Assembly: GCA_017520825.1 (NCBI GenBank)
Contig: JAFXEX010000002.1
Span: forward strand, 25,584 to 89,583
From: Clostridia bacterium
Lineage (GTDB): Bacteria; Bacillota; Clostridia; Oscillospirales; SIG627
DNA: 64,000 nt
Direction: 5' to 3'
The position numbers and the translations under genes were made by a program. This document shows positions 1 to 8,494 of this stretch, one piece after another; the stretch's first letter is position 1; every line of letters starts with the position of its first letter. The notes beneath the pieces are model-generated. The model saw only the letters and a program-made list of their open reading frames with translations. It was not told the origin of the DNA and did no database searches.

Positions 1-1122
1 TTAATTATCGGAGTTGCCTGCGTGCCCACAGAGGACACTCAGTTACCCGATACCCCGTCAGAAACCGACAAGCCCGTTATTGACGAGCCCGAGGTTATCG
101 TGCCACCTGCCGTTGAAAACAGTTCAACCTTTGAGGTACACTTTATAGACGTTGGGCAGGCAGATGCGTCTCTTATTCTTTGCGACGGCAAGTCAATGCT
201 TATTGACGGCGGAAACGTTGAGGATTCCAACTTAATTTACTCGTATTTGAAAAAGAATGAGGTTACCCACCTGAATTACGTAGTAGCAACACATGCACAT
301 GAGGACCACGTGGGTGGTCTGTCGGGTGCGTTGAATTTTGCAACCGTTGACACTGTTTACTGTCCCGTCAAAAGTTATTCAAGTGACGCTTTTAATAACT
401 TTGTCAAGAACGTGGAAAAGAGGAACGCAGAGATTACCGTTCCCGAGGTTAATTCCTCCTTCCTTTTAGGAAGCGCCGAGGTTGTTATTCTGGCTTGTAA
501 TTCTACCGACGACACCAACAATTCTTCAATCGTTTTGAAAATCACCTACGGGGAAACGTCCTTCCTCTTTACTGCCGATGCAGAAAGAGAAGCCGAGGAA
601 ATTATTTTAGAGCAAGAGTTTGATTTAAGCGCAACGGTTTTGAAGGTTGGACACCACGGAAGTGAAAATTCCACAACATATCCCTTCCTGCGTGAAATTA
701 TGCCTGAATACGCCGTTATTTCGGTGGGCAAAAACAATAGCTACGGACATCCCACAGAAGAAGCGTTAAGCCGTTTGCGAGATGCAGACGTAAAGGTATT
801 CAGAACCGACCTTCAGGGAGATATTATTTGTACAAGTGGCGGAAAGACGGTTAGCTTTACGGTTGACAGAAACGCCGACGCAGACACTCTGGTGGGCATA
901 GAAAAAGAAACGGATACGGTCTCCCCCACCCCTGATGCTCAACCCGAGAAAACAGAAGCTATAACCACGGACTATATTGGAAATATAAACACAGAAAAAT
1001 TCCACTATCCCGATTGCAGTAGCGTAAAGAGAATGAAAGAGAGTAATAAATATTATTTCACGGGAACACGAGAAGAAATAATTGCAGAGGGGTATGAGCC
1101 CTGTGGCAACTGTAATCCGTAA
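1..1122 (+). CDS. MBL-fold metallo-hydrolase of the ComEC/Rec2 C-terminal-domain type, 5'-partial, with an Ada-type Cys4 zinc-finger-like C-terminus
   Basis: HAHEDHVGG (HxHxDH) and VGHHGS motifs. Frame 1 is open from nt 1 (LIIGVAC... looks like the end of a signal peptide), so the GTG at 22 is probably internal. The C-terminus FHYPDC...YEPCGNCNP resembles the Ada N-terminal Zn-binding motif. Confidence 0.75.
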   Translation, partial: LIIGVACVPTEDTQLPDTPSETDKPVIDEPEVIVPPAVENSSTFEVHFIDVGQADASLILCDGKSMLIDGGNVEDSNLIYSYLKKNEVTHLNYVVATHAHEDHVGGLSGALNFATVDTVYCPVKSYSSDAFNNFVKNVEKRNAEITVPEVNSSFLLGSAEVVILACNSTDDTNNSSIVLKITYGETSFLFTADAEREAEEIILEQEFDLSATVLKVGHHGSENSTTYPFLREIMPEYAVISVGKNNSYGHPTEEALSRLRDADVKVFRTDLQGDIICTSGGKTVSFTVDRNADADTLVGIEKETDTVSPTPDAQPEKTEAITTDYIGNINTEKFHYPDCSSVKRMKESNKYYFTGTREEIIAEGYEPCGNCNP

Positions 1123-1126
1123 AACC

Positions 1127-1155
1127 AAAAGAAGCTCAAAAATGAGCTTCTTTTT
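1127..1155. terminator. Bidirectional intrinsic terminator between convergent genes
   Basis: aaaaGAAGCTCA-aaaa-TGAGCTTCtttt hairpin with T-runs on both strands. Confidence 0.6.
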
Positions 1156-1158
1156 CTG

Positions 1159-1839
1159 TTATATGGTTTGCAAAAACGCTGATACTTCTTTATTAAAGGC
1201 TTCATATTCTTCGCTTGCAATAAAATGGCTTCCCTTGATAATCGACAGTCTTGAATTTGTGATATTGTGGGCAATTTCTCTCGTGTGTGAGTCCTTTATC
1301 ATATCCTTTGTTCCGCAAATCACAAGGGTGGGCGCATTGATTTGAGATAACTCCCCTGTTGTTATGTTTGGCTCGTTTACCATCAGACCCAGCAATTCTG
1401 TCTTTAGCTTTGCTTTGGGAAACAGACTTGATATTCTGTAGCCTATTTCAATGGGGAGCTGAACCGACGGCTTTACGCCACGAGAATTCAGATTACCACC
1501 GTTCAATATTAAAGCCTTTACTCTTTGGGGATATTTCAAGGCAAATTTCATAGCGATATTGGCACCGTCCGAAAAGCCTAAAATGATAGCGTTTGAAAGC
1601 TTTAATTGGTCCATCAGCCCGTTTAAATCCCCTGAAAATTGCTCAATGGTAAAGGGTGCCGTGCCTCTCGGAGATTTTCCGTGTCCCCTTGTATCTACTG
1701 CAATTACTCTGAATTTCTTAGAAAAGTATTCTATCTGATGGCTGAAATAGGTGCAGTCCTCACCGTTTCCGTGCAAAAGGATAAAGGGCTCGCCATTGCC
1801 TTTTTCAAGAAAATATAATTTTACGTCCACTTTTCTCAC
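1159..1839 (-). CDS. Alpha/beta-fold hydrolase (esterase/lipase-like)
   Basis: LLHGNG oxyanion-hole motif and GFSDG nucleophile elbow (GxSxG); 226 aa. The start lies 4 nt after the stop of the upstream SorC gene, so the two are likely co-transcribed. Confidence 0.75.
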   Translation of the reverse strand: MRKVDVKLYFLEKGNGEPFILLHGNGEDCTYFSHQIEYFSKKFRVIAVDTRGHGKSPRGTAPFTIEQFSGDLNGLMDQLKLSNAIILGFSDGANIAMKFALKYPQRVKALILNGGNLNSRGVKPSVQLPIEIGYRISSLFPKAKLKTELLGLMVNEPNITTGELSQINAPTLVICGTKDMIKDSHTREIAHNITNSRLSIIKGSHFIASEEYEAFNKEVSAFLQTI

Positions 1840-1842
1840 CTT

Positions 1843-2781
1843 TTATTGAGCGTCACTTTCATTTAACGATGAAAGTATTCTTTTTGCAGTATACTCGTCT
1901 GTAATCAGCGTATCAATAATCTGCGTGCGCAACGCTCCTATAATAGCTTCCTTTTTGTCATTTCCACACGCAATAGCAATAGTTTGCTTTGCGTTTTTTA
2001 AATTCTCCTTTGACGCGCAGAGAGTATTTTCGTATAGGTCTACGAAATTTCCGTTTAAATCGAAAAAGTGTGTGGAAATATCACCTACGGCAGAAATGCC
2101 CTTTCTGTTATATCCAAATAGCTTGCCAAAGGTCTGAATTATTTCGTTATTACCTATTCCCACAATGGCGATATCAATATCGTTCCATAAATCAAAGACC
2201 CTTTTGTAGTAAGAGGTTTTCTCAAAAAGCTTACAATCGTCAACACTGTCGGGGCGATAAGGAAACCAAGCGTATTTTACCCTTGCCCCTATTTTGTCGG
2301 CAAAGCTCCTTGCAAGCTCATTTGATAAGAAGCAGGCTTGCTCCTGGTCGGTTGCGCCAAAAAGTGGAAACACAACGTTGTCGGAGGTATTGATATTACC
2401 GAATTCGGAAATAAGCAGTTGAATGGTACGGCCCCATGAAATTCCTATTTTCTGCTTACCACCTTTTATAAGCGAAAGAATGTAATTCGAAGCCTTTTTG
2501 ACGGTCATCAGACGGCAAAGCTCTTCGTCATCGGCACTGACTCCACACACAACTGCATTTTTGATTTGAAATTTTGCGCAAAGCTCCCGTTCGAGCTGGT
2601 CACAAACCACCTCGGGATTGTGGATTTTAATCTCCACTATATTCTCTTTTACAGCGTCGTTCAATAGCTTGGAAACGGTCTGACGGGACAGCTTCATAAG
2701 CTCTGCAATCTGATTCTGCGTATATTTCTTTTCATAATACAATATTGCGGCTTCTTCCATTTGCTTCTTCTGATAATCCAT
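1843..2781 (-). CDS. SorC/DeoR-type sugar-binding transcriptional regulator
   Basis: N-terminal HTH (YTQNQIAELMKLSRQTVSKLLNDA) followed by a SorC-like sugar-phosphate-binding domain; divergent from the aldolase/dehydrogenase pair. Confidence 0.8.
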   Translation of the reverse strand: MDYQKKQMEEAAILYYEKKYTQNQIAELMKLSRQTVSKLLNDAVKENIVEIKIHNPEVVCDQLERELCAKFQIKNAVVCGVSADDEELCRLMTVKKASNYILSLIKGGKQKIGISWGRTIQLLISEFGNINTSDNVVFPLFGATDQEQACFLSNELARSFADKIGARVKYAWFPYRPDSVDDCKLFEKTSYYKRVFDLWNDIDIAIVGIGNNEIIQTFGKLFGYNRKGISAVGDISTHFFDLNGNFVDLYENTLCASKENLKNAKQTIAIACGNDKKEAIIGALRTQIIDTLITDEYTAKRILSSLNESDAQ

Positions 2782-2844
2782 ATTATGCCACCTTTTCGCT
2801 TTCTTTGAGGTTATTATATCACTAATTTCACTTCAAGTCAATAA

Positions 2845-2875
2845 TTTTAACATTTGTAATTGACAAATGTTAAAA
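2845..2875. promoter_or_regulatory. Perfect 13-bp inverted repeat (candidate operator)
   Basis: TTTTAACATTTGT-aattg-ACAAATGTTAAAA read directly. The right arm overlaps the -35 hexamer of the aldolase promoter. Confidence 0.55.
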
Positions 2876-2888
2876 TGCGTGTTATAAT
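2860..2888 (+). promoter_or_regulatory. Sigma-70 consensus promoter of the aldolase-dehydrogenase operon
   Basis: TTGACA (2860-2865), 17-nt spacer, TATAAT (2883-2888). Confidence 0.6.
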
Positions 2889-2919
2889 CATAACGAAATT
2901 AAATAAAGGAGACGTGAAT

Positions 2920-3789
2920 ATGTTAGTAACAATGAAAGAAATGCTTGCAGATGCAAAGAAAAACCATTATGCAATTCCTGCATTTGACGTAAGCAATTAT
3001 GAAATGATGAAGGCTGTGTTGGAAACCTGCGAGGAAGAAAGGTCCCCTGCCCTTCTTATGACTCTTGGAGTAGACACTCAGGGAAGAAATCTTCAGCTTA
3101 TATCTTCTATGGTAAGAGGTGCTTCAGAGTTTTTCAAGCTTCCCATTTGTCTTCATATGGACCATGCAACAGATATTGACTTTATTAAATACGGATGTGA
3201 CAACGGTTACAGCTCGGTTATGTACGACGGCTCTGTGCTTCCCTTTGACGATAATGCAAAAAACACTGCAATAGTAACGGAATATGCGCACAAAAAGGGT
3301 ATTTCCGTTGAAGCTGAGCTTGGTCACGTTGGTAACGCAAGCGTTGGAAGCATCAGTGAAACGGGCACGGATACCGACCCCGGAGAAAGCCTTACAGTTC
3401 CCGAAGAGGTAGCAAAGTTCGTTGAGATTACAGACGTTGACGCTTTGGCAGTTGCTATCGGTACTTCACACGGCGTGTATCAGAAAACACCCGAGCTCAG
3501 AATTGACAGACTTGACGAGATAACTGCCGTGTGTGACAGACCTCTCGTGCTTCACGGTGGTAGCGGTACCCCCAACGACCAGATGCAGAACGCTATTACC
3601 CACGGAATTACTAAAATCAATATTTATTCCGACGTGCTTTATGCTCTCAACAAGGGACTTAAAGATACTCTTAACACCATGACCAATCCTTCTACCTGGC
3701 CCTTCATCGTATATGAGGACGCTATGAAAATGATGAAGGAAGTAGTTCGTGAAAAGCTCAGAACCTTCGGCAGCGCAGGAAGGATATAA
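2920..3789 (+). CDS. Class II ketose/fructose-bisphosphate aldolase family protein (tagatose- or fructose-1,6-bisphosphate aldolase-like)
   Basis: AIPAFDV, LHMDH, ELGHVG and LHGGSG motifs typical of class II aldolases. ATG at 2920 follows AAAGGAGA; the track ORF start at 2860 is the TTG of the -35 box. Confidence 0.8.
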   Translation: MLVTMKEMLADAKKNHYAIPAFDVSNYEMMKAVLETCEEERSPALLMTLGVDTQGRNLQLISSMVRGASEFFKLPICLHMDHATDIDFIKYGCDNGYSSVMYDGSVLPFDDNAKNTAIVTEYAHKKGISVEAELGHVGNASVGSISETGTDTDPGESLTVPEEVAKFVEITDVDALAVAIGTSHGVYQKTPELRIDRLDEITAVCDRPLVLHGGSGTPNDQMQNAITHGITKINIYSDVLYALNKGLKDTLNTMTNPSTWPFIVYEDAMKMMKEVVREKLRTFGSAGRI

Positions 3790-3799
3790 GGTGAAAAAT

Positions 3800-5035
3800 A
3801 TGAAAACAAGAGCAGTAAGACTGTATGGAGCAAACGACGTAAGACTTGAAGAATTCGAGCTTCGTCCCATTACGTCGGGAGAGCTTCTCATCAAAATAAT
3901 TTCAGACAGCGTATGTATGTCAACCCACAAAACAATTCTCCAAGGTGCAAAGCACCTGAGAGTGCCCGAAAACGTTGCCGAGCATCCCGTCATTGTAGGA
4001 CACGAGTTCTGCGCTGAAGTAGTTGAGGTAGGCGACAAATGGAAGGACAAGTTTGCCGTTGGCGACAAGGTTGTTATGCCCCCCGTTCTCAGCTATATGG
4101 GTGTTAACACGGTTGGATACTCCTTTGAGGACATCGGTGGTGTTTCTACATACTCTATCGTTTACGAGCATATTCTCGACAATGATTTCCTTATTAAGCT
4201 TAACAGTGACTCCTACTTCAACGGCTCTCTCATTGAGCCTGCGTCCTGCGTTATAAGAGGCTATAAGGCAAGCTTCCACCTTGACGAAAACTACAATCAC
4301 GTAATCGGAATCAAGGAAGGTGGAAAGGTTGCTATTCTTGCAGGATGTGGTCCTATGGGACTCGTTGCCATTGACATTGCACTCCACGGAAACGTAAAGC
4401 CCTCTATGGTTGTAGTAACCGACCTTGACCAGTCAAGGCTTGACCGTGCAGAAGCTATCTTCTCCCCCGAGGAAGCTGCTAAAAACGGAATTAAGCTTGT
4501 GTTTGCAAACACCTCTGACAAGGACGAGCTTATGGAAATCTCAGGTGGTAAGGGCTTTGACGACGTTTTCGTATACGCACCCGTTCCTGCAGTTGTTGAG
4601 CTTGGTGACGCTATTCTCGGCTTCGACGGTTGCCTCAACTTCTTTGCCGGTCCTCTTGATAAAAATTTCAGTGCTAACTTCAATTTCTACAACGTTCACT
4701 ACGCTCAGCACCACGTTGCAGGAACAAGTGGAAGCACTCCCGAGGATATGAGAGATATAGTTGACCTTATCGGTCAGAAGCGCCTTGACCCCTCCGTTAT
4801 GATTACTCATATAGGTGGTATTGACGCAGCAATCGACACAACTGTAAATCTCCCCAAAATCCCCGGTGGAAAGAAGCTTATATACACTCATATCGAGCTT
4901 CCTCTCACAGCCCTTGCAGACTTTGAAAAGCTTGGTGAGACAGATGAAAGATTCAAGGTTCTTGATAAGCTTGTAAAGGAAAACAACGGCTTGTGGAACA
5001 AAGACGCTGAAAAGTATTTGCTTGAAAATTTCTGA
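3800..5035 (+). CDS. Zinc-dependent medium-chain dehydrogenase/reductase (sugar-phosphate or polyol dehydrogenase; L-sorbose-1-phosphate-reductase-like length)
   Basis: GHEFCAEVVEVG (GHE zinc motif) and AGCGPMGL Rossmann motif. The ATG at 3800 is preferred because the sequence from MKTRAVRLYG resembles a typical MDR N-terminus; no convincing SD was noted. The track start at 3749 overlaps the aldolase. Confidence 0.75.
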   Translation: MKTRAVRLYGANDVRLEEFELRPITSGELLIKIISDSVCMSTHKTILQGAKHLRVPENVAEHPVIVGHEFCAEVVEVGDKWKDKFAVGDKVVMPPVLSYMGVNTVGYSFEDIGGVSTYSIVYEHILDNDFLIKLNSDSYFNGSLIEPASCVIRGYKASFHLDENYNHVIGIKEGGKVAILAGCGPMGLVAIDIALHGNVKPSMVVVTDLDQSRLDRAEAIFSPEEAAKNGIKLVFANTSDKDELMEISGGKGFDDVFVYAPVPAVVELGDAILGFDGCLNFFAGPLDKNFSANFNFYNVHYAQHHVAGTSGSTPEDMRDIVDLIGQKRLDPSVMITHIGGIDAAIDTTVNLPKIPGGKKLIYTHIELPLTALADFEKLGETDERFKVLDKLVKENNGLWNKDAEKYLLENF

Positions 5036-5046
5036 TATAACGCTTG

Positions 5047-5072
5047 AAGCCTCCGAGAATTCGGAGGCTTTT
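5047..5072 (+). terminator. Intrinsic terminator of the aldolase-dehydrogenase operon
   Basis: AAGCCTCCGA-gaat-TCGGAGGCTT hairpin followed by a short TT(T)C run. Confidence 0.5.
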
Positions 5073-5084
5073 CGCTACACAAAA

Positions 5085-5110
5085 ACAGCACCCACTTGCG
5101 TGAGTGCTGT
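5085..5110 (-). terminator. Intrinsic terminator of rplM-rpsI
   Basis: ACAGCAC...GTGCTGT stem followed on the minus strand by TTTTTGTG. Confidence 0.55.
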
Positions 5111-5139
5111 AATTTTTGATAATCGCCAATAGGCTGTAA

Positions 5140-5547
5140 TTATCTCTTGCTGAACTGAGGAGCGCGACGTGCGGCTTTGAGACCGTACTTCTTTCTTTCC
5201 TTCATTCTGGGGTCACGAGTAAGAAGTCCAGCCTTCTTGAGAGCTGTGTGATACTCATCACGAGATGCCTGGTCAAGAGCTCTTGCGATACCGTGACGGA
5301 TAGCGCCTGCCTGACCTGATACACCACCACCTGTAACTGTACAGATAACGTCAAACTTGCCTTCTGTACCTGTTACTCCAAAGGGCTGGTTTACAACAAG
5401 CTTGAGGGTGTCAAGTCCGAAGTATTCGTCCATTGTTCTGTTGTTGATCTTAACTTCGCCTGTTCCGGGATAGAGACGAACTCTTGCAACTGATTTTTTT
5501 CTTCTGCCTGTACCGTAGAAGTAAGGCTTTGCACTTGTATAATTCAT
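5140..5547 (-). CDS. rpsI: 30S ribosomal protein S9
   Basis: [14 protein letters not shown] ... ending in RRAPQFSKR; 135 aa; GGAGGA RBS. Confidence 0.95.
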   Translation of the reverse strand: MNYTSAKPYFYGTGRRKKSVARVRLYPGTGEVKINNRTMDEYFGLDTLKLVVNQPFGVTGTEGKFDVICTVTGGGVSGQAGAIRHGIARALDQASRDEYHTALKKAGLLTRDPRMKERKKYGLKAARRAPQFSKR

Positions 5548-5564
5548 TCTTCCATCCTCCTCAA

Positions 5565-5996
5565 TTACTTAACTTCAACAGCTGTGGGCTGCTGTGCTTC
5601 CTGCTTGTGCTCTGCACCTGCATACACTTTAAGACGTGTAAGGCTCTTCTTACCTATTGTGTTCTTGGGAAGCATTCCCTTAACAGCAAGGGTAATAGCC
5701 AATTCGGGCTTGGTTGCAAGAAGGGTCTTATAATCGATTTCCTTAAGACCACCGATGTAACCTGTGTGATACTTGTACTTCTTCTGTGTGAGCTTGTTGC
5801 CTGAAAGTGCAACCTTAGCTGCGTTAAGAACGATAACGTATTCGCCGCAATCAACGTGGGGAGTGAACTCCGGTCTGTGCTTGCCACGAAGTATATCAGC
5901 AGCCATAACTGCTACCTTACCGAGAGTTTTTCCCTCAGCGTCGATAACATACCACTTGCGCTCAACTGTTTCTGCTTTTGCCATGAATGTTGACAT
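5565..5996 (-). CDS. rplM: 50S ribosomal protein L13
   Basis: [15 protein letters not shown]..., HTGYIGG, canonical L13; immediately upstream of rpsI. Confidence 0.95.
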   Translation of the reverse strand: MSTFMAKAETVERKWYVIDAEGKTLGKVAVMAADILRGKHRPEFTPHVDCGEYVIVLNAAKVALSGNKLTQKKYKYHTGYIGGLKEIDYKTLLATKPELAITLAVKGMLPKNTIGKKSLTRLKVYAGAEHKQEAQQPTAVEVK

Positions 5997-6036
5997 TGCT
6001 TTTTCCTCCGTAATTTAGTTTTTTACTTACCCGTAT

Positions 6037-6065
6037 ATTATAATAGATGAGTTTTATTTTGTCAA
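6037..6065 (-). promoter_or_regulatory. Consensus sigma-70 promoter of rplM-rpsI
   Basis: On the minus strand: TTGACA, 17 nt, TATAAT, with a ~30-nt leader to the RBS. Confidence 0.55.
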
Positions 6066-6168
6066 TGCTTTTTTGAAGAATTTTAAATTTATTTTTAGTT
6101 ATCTTTGATTTTCTCCCATTATCTCAATTTATCTCGTTTTTTCTCGCTCGGCATTTCGCGTTTTTGTA

Positions 6169-6197
6169 TTGACAACCAGTGGATATACGGGTATAAT
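6169..6197 (+). promoter_or_regulatory. Consensus sigma-70 promoter of the ttcA-like gene
   Basis: TTGACA (6169-6174), 17 nt, TATAAT (6192-6197). Confidence 0.55.
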
Positions 6198-6218
6198 TTA
6201 TCGAAAGAGGTAAAATTT

Positions 6219-6944
6219 ATGGACATAAAATTGATATTAAGCTATACAAGGCGAGCTGTTGACAGCTATAATATGATAGAGGACGGCGACAGAATTGCCG
6301 TTGGCATTTCGGGTGGCAAAGACTCGCTCACTCTTTTATGCGCTCTGGCACATTTGAAGAAGTTCTACAACAAGTCTTTCGAAATAGTACCTATTTCAAT
6401 CGATATGGGCTTTGAGGGAACCGACTACTCCGGAGTTGAAGCCCTTTGCCGTGAGCTTGGACTTGAGCTTAAAATTGTAAAAACACAAATATCACAAATT
6501 ATATTCGACGTGCGTAAAGAGGACAGTCCCTGCTCCCTCTGCTCGCGAATGAGACGAGGTGCGTTAAACGATGCAGCTGATGAGTTCGGATGCAATAAGG
6601 TAGCCCTTGGGCATCATATGGACGACGTTATTGAAACCTATATGCTAAATCTTTTTTACGCAGGTCGCATAGGTACCTTCTCCCCCGTCACCTATCTTGA
6701 CCGTTCGGGAATCACTAACATACGGCCTCTGATTTACGTTCCTGAAAAGGATATAAGATACTTTGCATCAAAGGAAAAGCTTCCTATATTCAAGAACAAA
6801 TGCCGTGCCGACGGCAATACCGAGCGTGAAAATATGAAAAAGCGCATTGCAGACCTTCAGCGCGAGATCCCTGATATTAAAAATAAAATTTTCGGCGCTA
6901 TTCAAAGAGCCGAAATAAGTGGTTTCCACCCATTAAAAAAGTGA
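6219..6944 (+). CDS. ttcA: PP-loop ATPase, tRNA 2-thiocytidine biosynthesis TtcA-like
   Basis: SGGKDS PP-loop and CSLCSRMRRG motif. ATG at 6219 follows AAAGAGG; the track N-terminus (from 6105) is promoter sequence. Confidence 0.75.
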   Translation: MDIKLILSYTRRAVDSYNMIEDGDRIAVGISGGKDSLTLLCALAHLKKFYNKSFEIVPISIDMGFEGTDYSGVEALCRELGLELKIVKTQISQIIFDVRKEDSPCSLCSRMRRGALNDAADEFGCNKVALGHHMDDVIETYMLNLFYAGRIGTFSPVTYLDRSGITNIRPLIYVPEKDIRYFASKEKLPIFKNKCRADGNTERENMKKRIADLQREIPDIKNKIFGAIQRAEISGFHPLKK

Positions 6945-7001
6945 ATTAATTAAAGGCTTTTGCATATACTGAAATCAGTATGATTTTTATGAGGTGGGTA
7001 T

Positions 7002-7181
7002 ATGTCAAACTCTGCAAAGGCAAAAAGCAATACGCAAATCAACGTTATAACCGAGCGCTTTTGCTCAAAGCTTGGTGACAATGCAATTATAGTCACAACC
7101 AGGACGAATCAGGGCGAGGAAAAAAGATGCTTGTACTCTGACAAATGCGATGCCGAATGTGAACACAAGAAAAATCAGTAG
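7002..7181 (+). CDS. Small (59 aa) Cys-rich hypothetical protein, not in the ORF track (below cutoff)
   Basis: ATG at 7002, 5 nt after GAGGTGG. Translation read by hand: MSNSAKAKSNTQINVITERFCSKLGDNAIIVTTRTNQGEEKRCLYSDKCDAECEHKKNQ. The stop codon sits inside the terminator stem. Confidence 0.45.
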   Translation: MSNSAKAKSNTQINVITERFCSKLGDNAIIVTTRTNQGEEKRCLYSDKCDAECEHKKNQ

Positions 7182-7198
7182 CTTGCGCTACTGATTTT
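7171..7198. terminator. Bidirectional terminator shared by convergent genes
   Basis: 12-bp stem AAAATCAGTAGC-ttgc-GCTACTGATTTT. The stop codons of both the small ORF (7179-7181) and the AI-2E gene (7188-7190) lie inside the stem. Confidence 0.65.
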
Positions 7199-8390
7199 TA
7201 TTTTCATCATCTTTTGCTATCGGGAATTCGTGATAATATGACTCTACCTCCACGGGAAGCTGCTTTGCCTCAAGGCGTTTATCCACAAGGCGTTCTACAA
7301 GAACGTAAACTACCGAGAAGATAGGAACACCGATAATCATTCCTGCAAATCCGAAGAGTCCACTCATAACTACAATGGCTACAAGTACCCAGAAGGCTGA
7401 AAGTCCCATAGAGCTGCCAAGAATTTTCGGACCTATAAAGTTTCCGTCAAGCTGTTGTATAAGAAGTATCGCTATAAGGAATGGTATTACTTCCCTTGGG
7501 TTTACCATGAGAAGAATAAATGCGCTTGGTATTGCACCGATGAAAGGTCCAAAGAAAGGAATAACGTTGGTAACGCCAACGATTACGCTGATGAGCATTG
7601 CATAATCAAGACGAAGAATAATCATTACTATATAGCAAAGAACACCGATAATAGCAGAGTCGATGAGCTTGCCTCTTATAAATCCTCCCACAGAATCGTC
7701 AAGCATCTGCGAAAAATCTTCTATTCTCTGCACCCATTTTGAGTTAAAAACAGAGCAGATTAGCTTTTTCATTTGAGCAATCAAATGTTCCTTGCGTGAT
7801 ATCATATAAATTGATACGAAGATTGAAACCAAAAGATTTACCACGATTACGGAAACGCTCTTGATAAGTGAAATTGCCTTGGGGAAAAGCTCGGTAACGT
7901 AGGCTACTGCTTTATCCAGGAACTCGTCAAAGAAGGTTATTAATCTTTGAACTATGGGATAGTATCTACTGGACTTATCAAACAGTGAATCAGCCCAGCC
8001 TTCAAGCTTTTCCTGATATGAGCTGATGTTGTTAACGAAGGTTTCAAAGCTGGAATAAAGTTGAGGAATGATAATAGCCAGTATTGCAGTAAGAACTGCC
8101 AATACTACGACGTATGCACACAACACCGACAGAAGACGCTTTATACGCTGCATATCCTTCTTTGCCTTTTTGAAAAGAAAAACCTTTTTTTCAAAGAGAT
8201 TCACAACGGGGTTTATGAGATACGCTATTACAAATCCTACGAAAATAGGTGAAAGTATTGAAAGCAGATTTGATACGAAGGCAGAAATTATTTTAAAATT
8301 AAATATAAAATAAATAATTAAAGCACAAACCGTAACGGTTGTAACTGCATACAAAGAGGTTAAAAAATATTTATTCTGAAATCTTTTCAA
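7188..8390 (-). CDS. AI-2E family transporter (PerM/UPF0118-type permease)
   Basis: 400 aa, ~8 TM helices, conserved C-terminal block VIPFFGPFIGAIP...LDGNFIGPKILG. Confidence 0.8.
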   Translation of the reverse strand: MKRFQNKYFLTSLYAVTTVTVCALIIYFIFNFKIISAFVSNLLSILSPIFVGFVIAYLINPVVNLFEKKVFLFKKAKKDMQRIKRLLSVLCAYVVVLAVLTAILAIIIPQLYSSFETFVNNISSYQEKLEGWADSLFDKSSRYYPIVQRLITFFDEFLDKAVAYVTELFPKAISLIKSVSVIVVNLLVSIFVSIYMISRKEHLIAQMKKLICSVFNSKWVQRIEDFSQMLDDSVGGFIRGKLIDSAIIGVLCYIVMIILRLDYAMLISVIVGVTNVIPFFGPFIGAIPSAFILLMVNPREVIPFLIAILLIQQLDGNFIGPKILGSSMGLSAFWVLVAIVVMSGLFGFAGMIIGVPIFSVVYVLVERLVDKRLEAKQLPVEVESYYHEFPIAKDDENKNQ

Positions 8391-8456
8391 GCTTTCACCT
8401 TCCTTTTATTTAATTATACATTAAGCTACCAAAAAGTGCAATAGTTTTTTCATTAA

Positions 8457-8485
8457 AAAAGTGTCGGCAAAATGCCGACACTTTT
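8457..8485 (-). terminator. Intrinsic terminator ending the 7-gene ABC-type operon
   Basis: AAAAGTGTCGGCA-aaa-TGCCGACACTTTT, followed on the minus strand by TTTTTTAAT; 10 nt after the stop at 8495. Confidence 0.7.
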
Positions 8486-8494
8486 GTTTTTGTA

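Noticed and set aside
3466-4387. 200-aa and 155-aa minus-strand ORFs
   Set aside because: They lie antisense to the aldolase and dehydrogenase genes.
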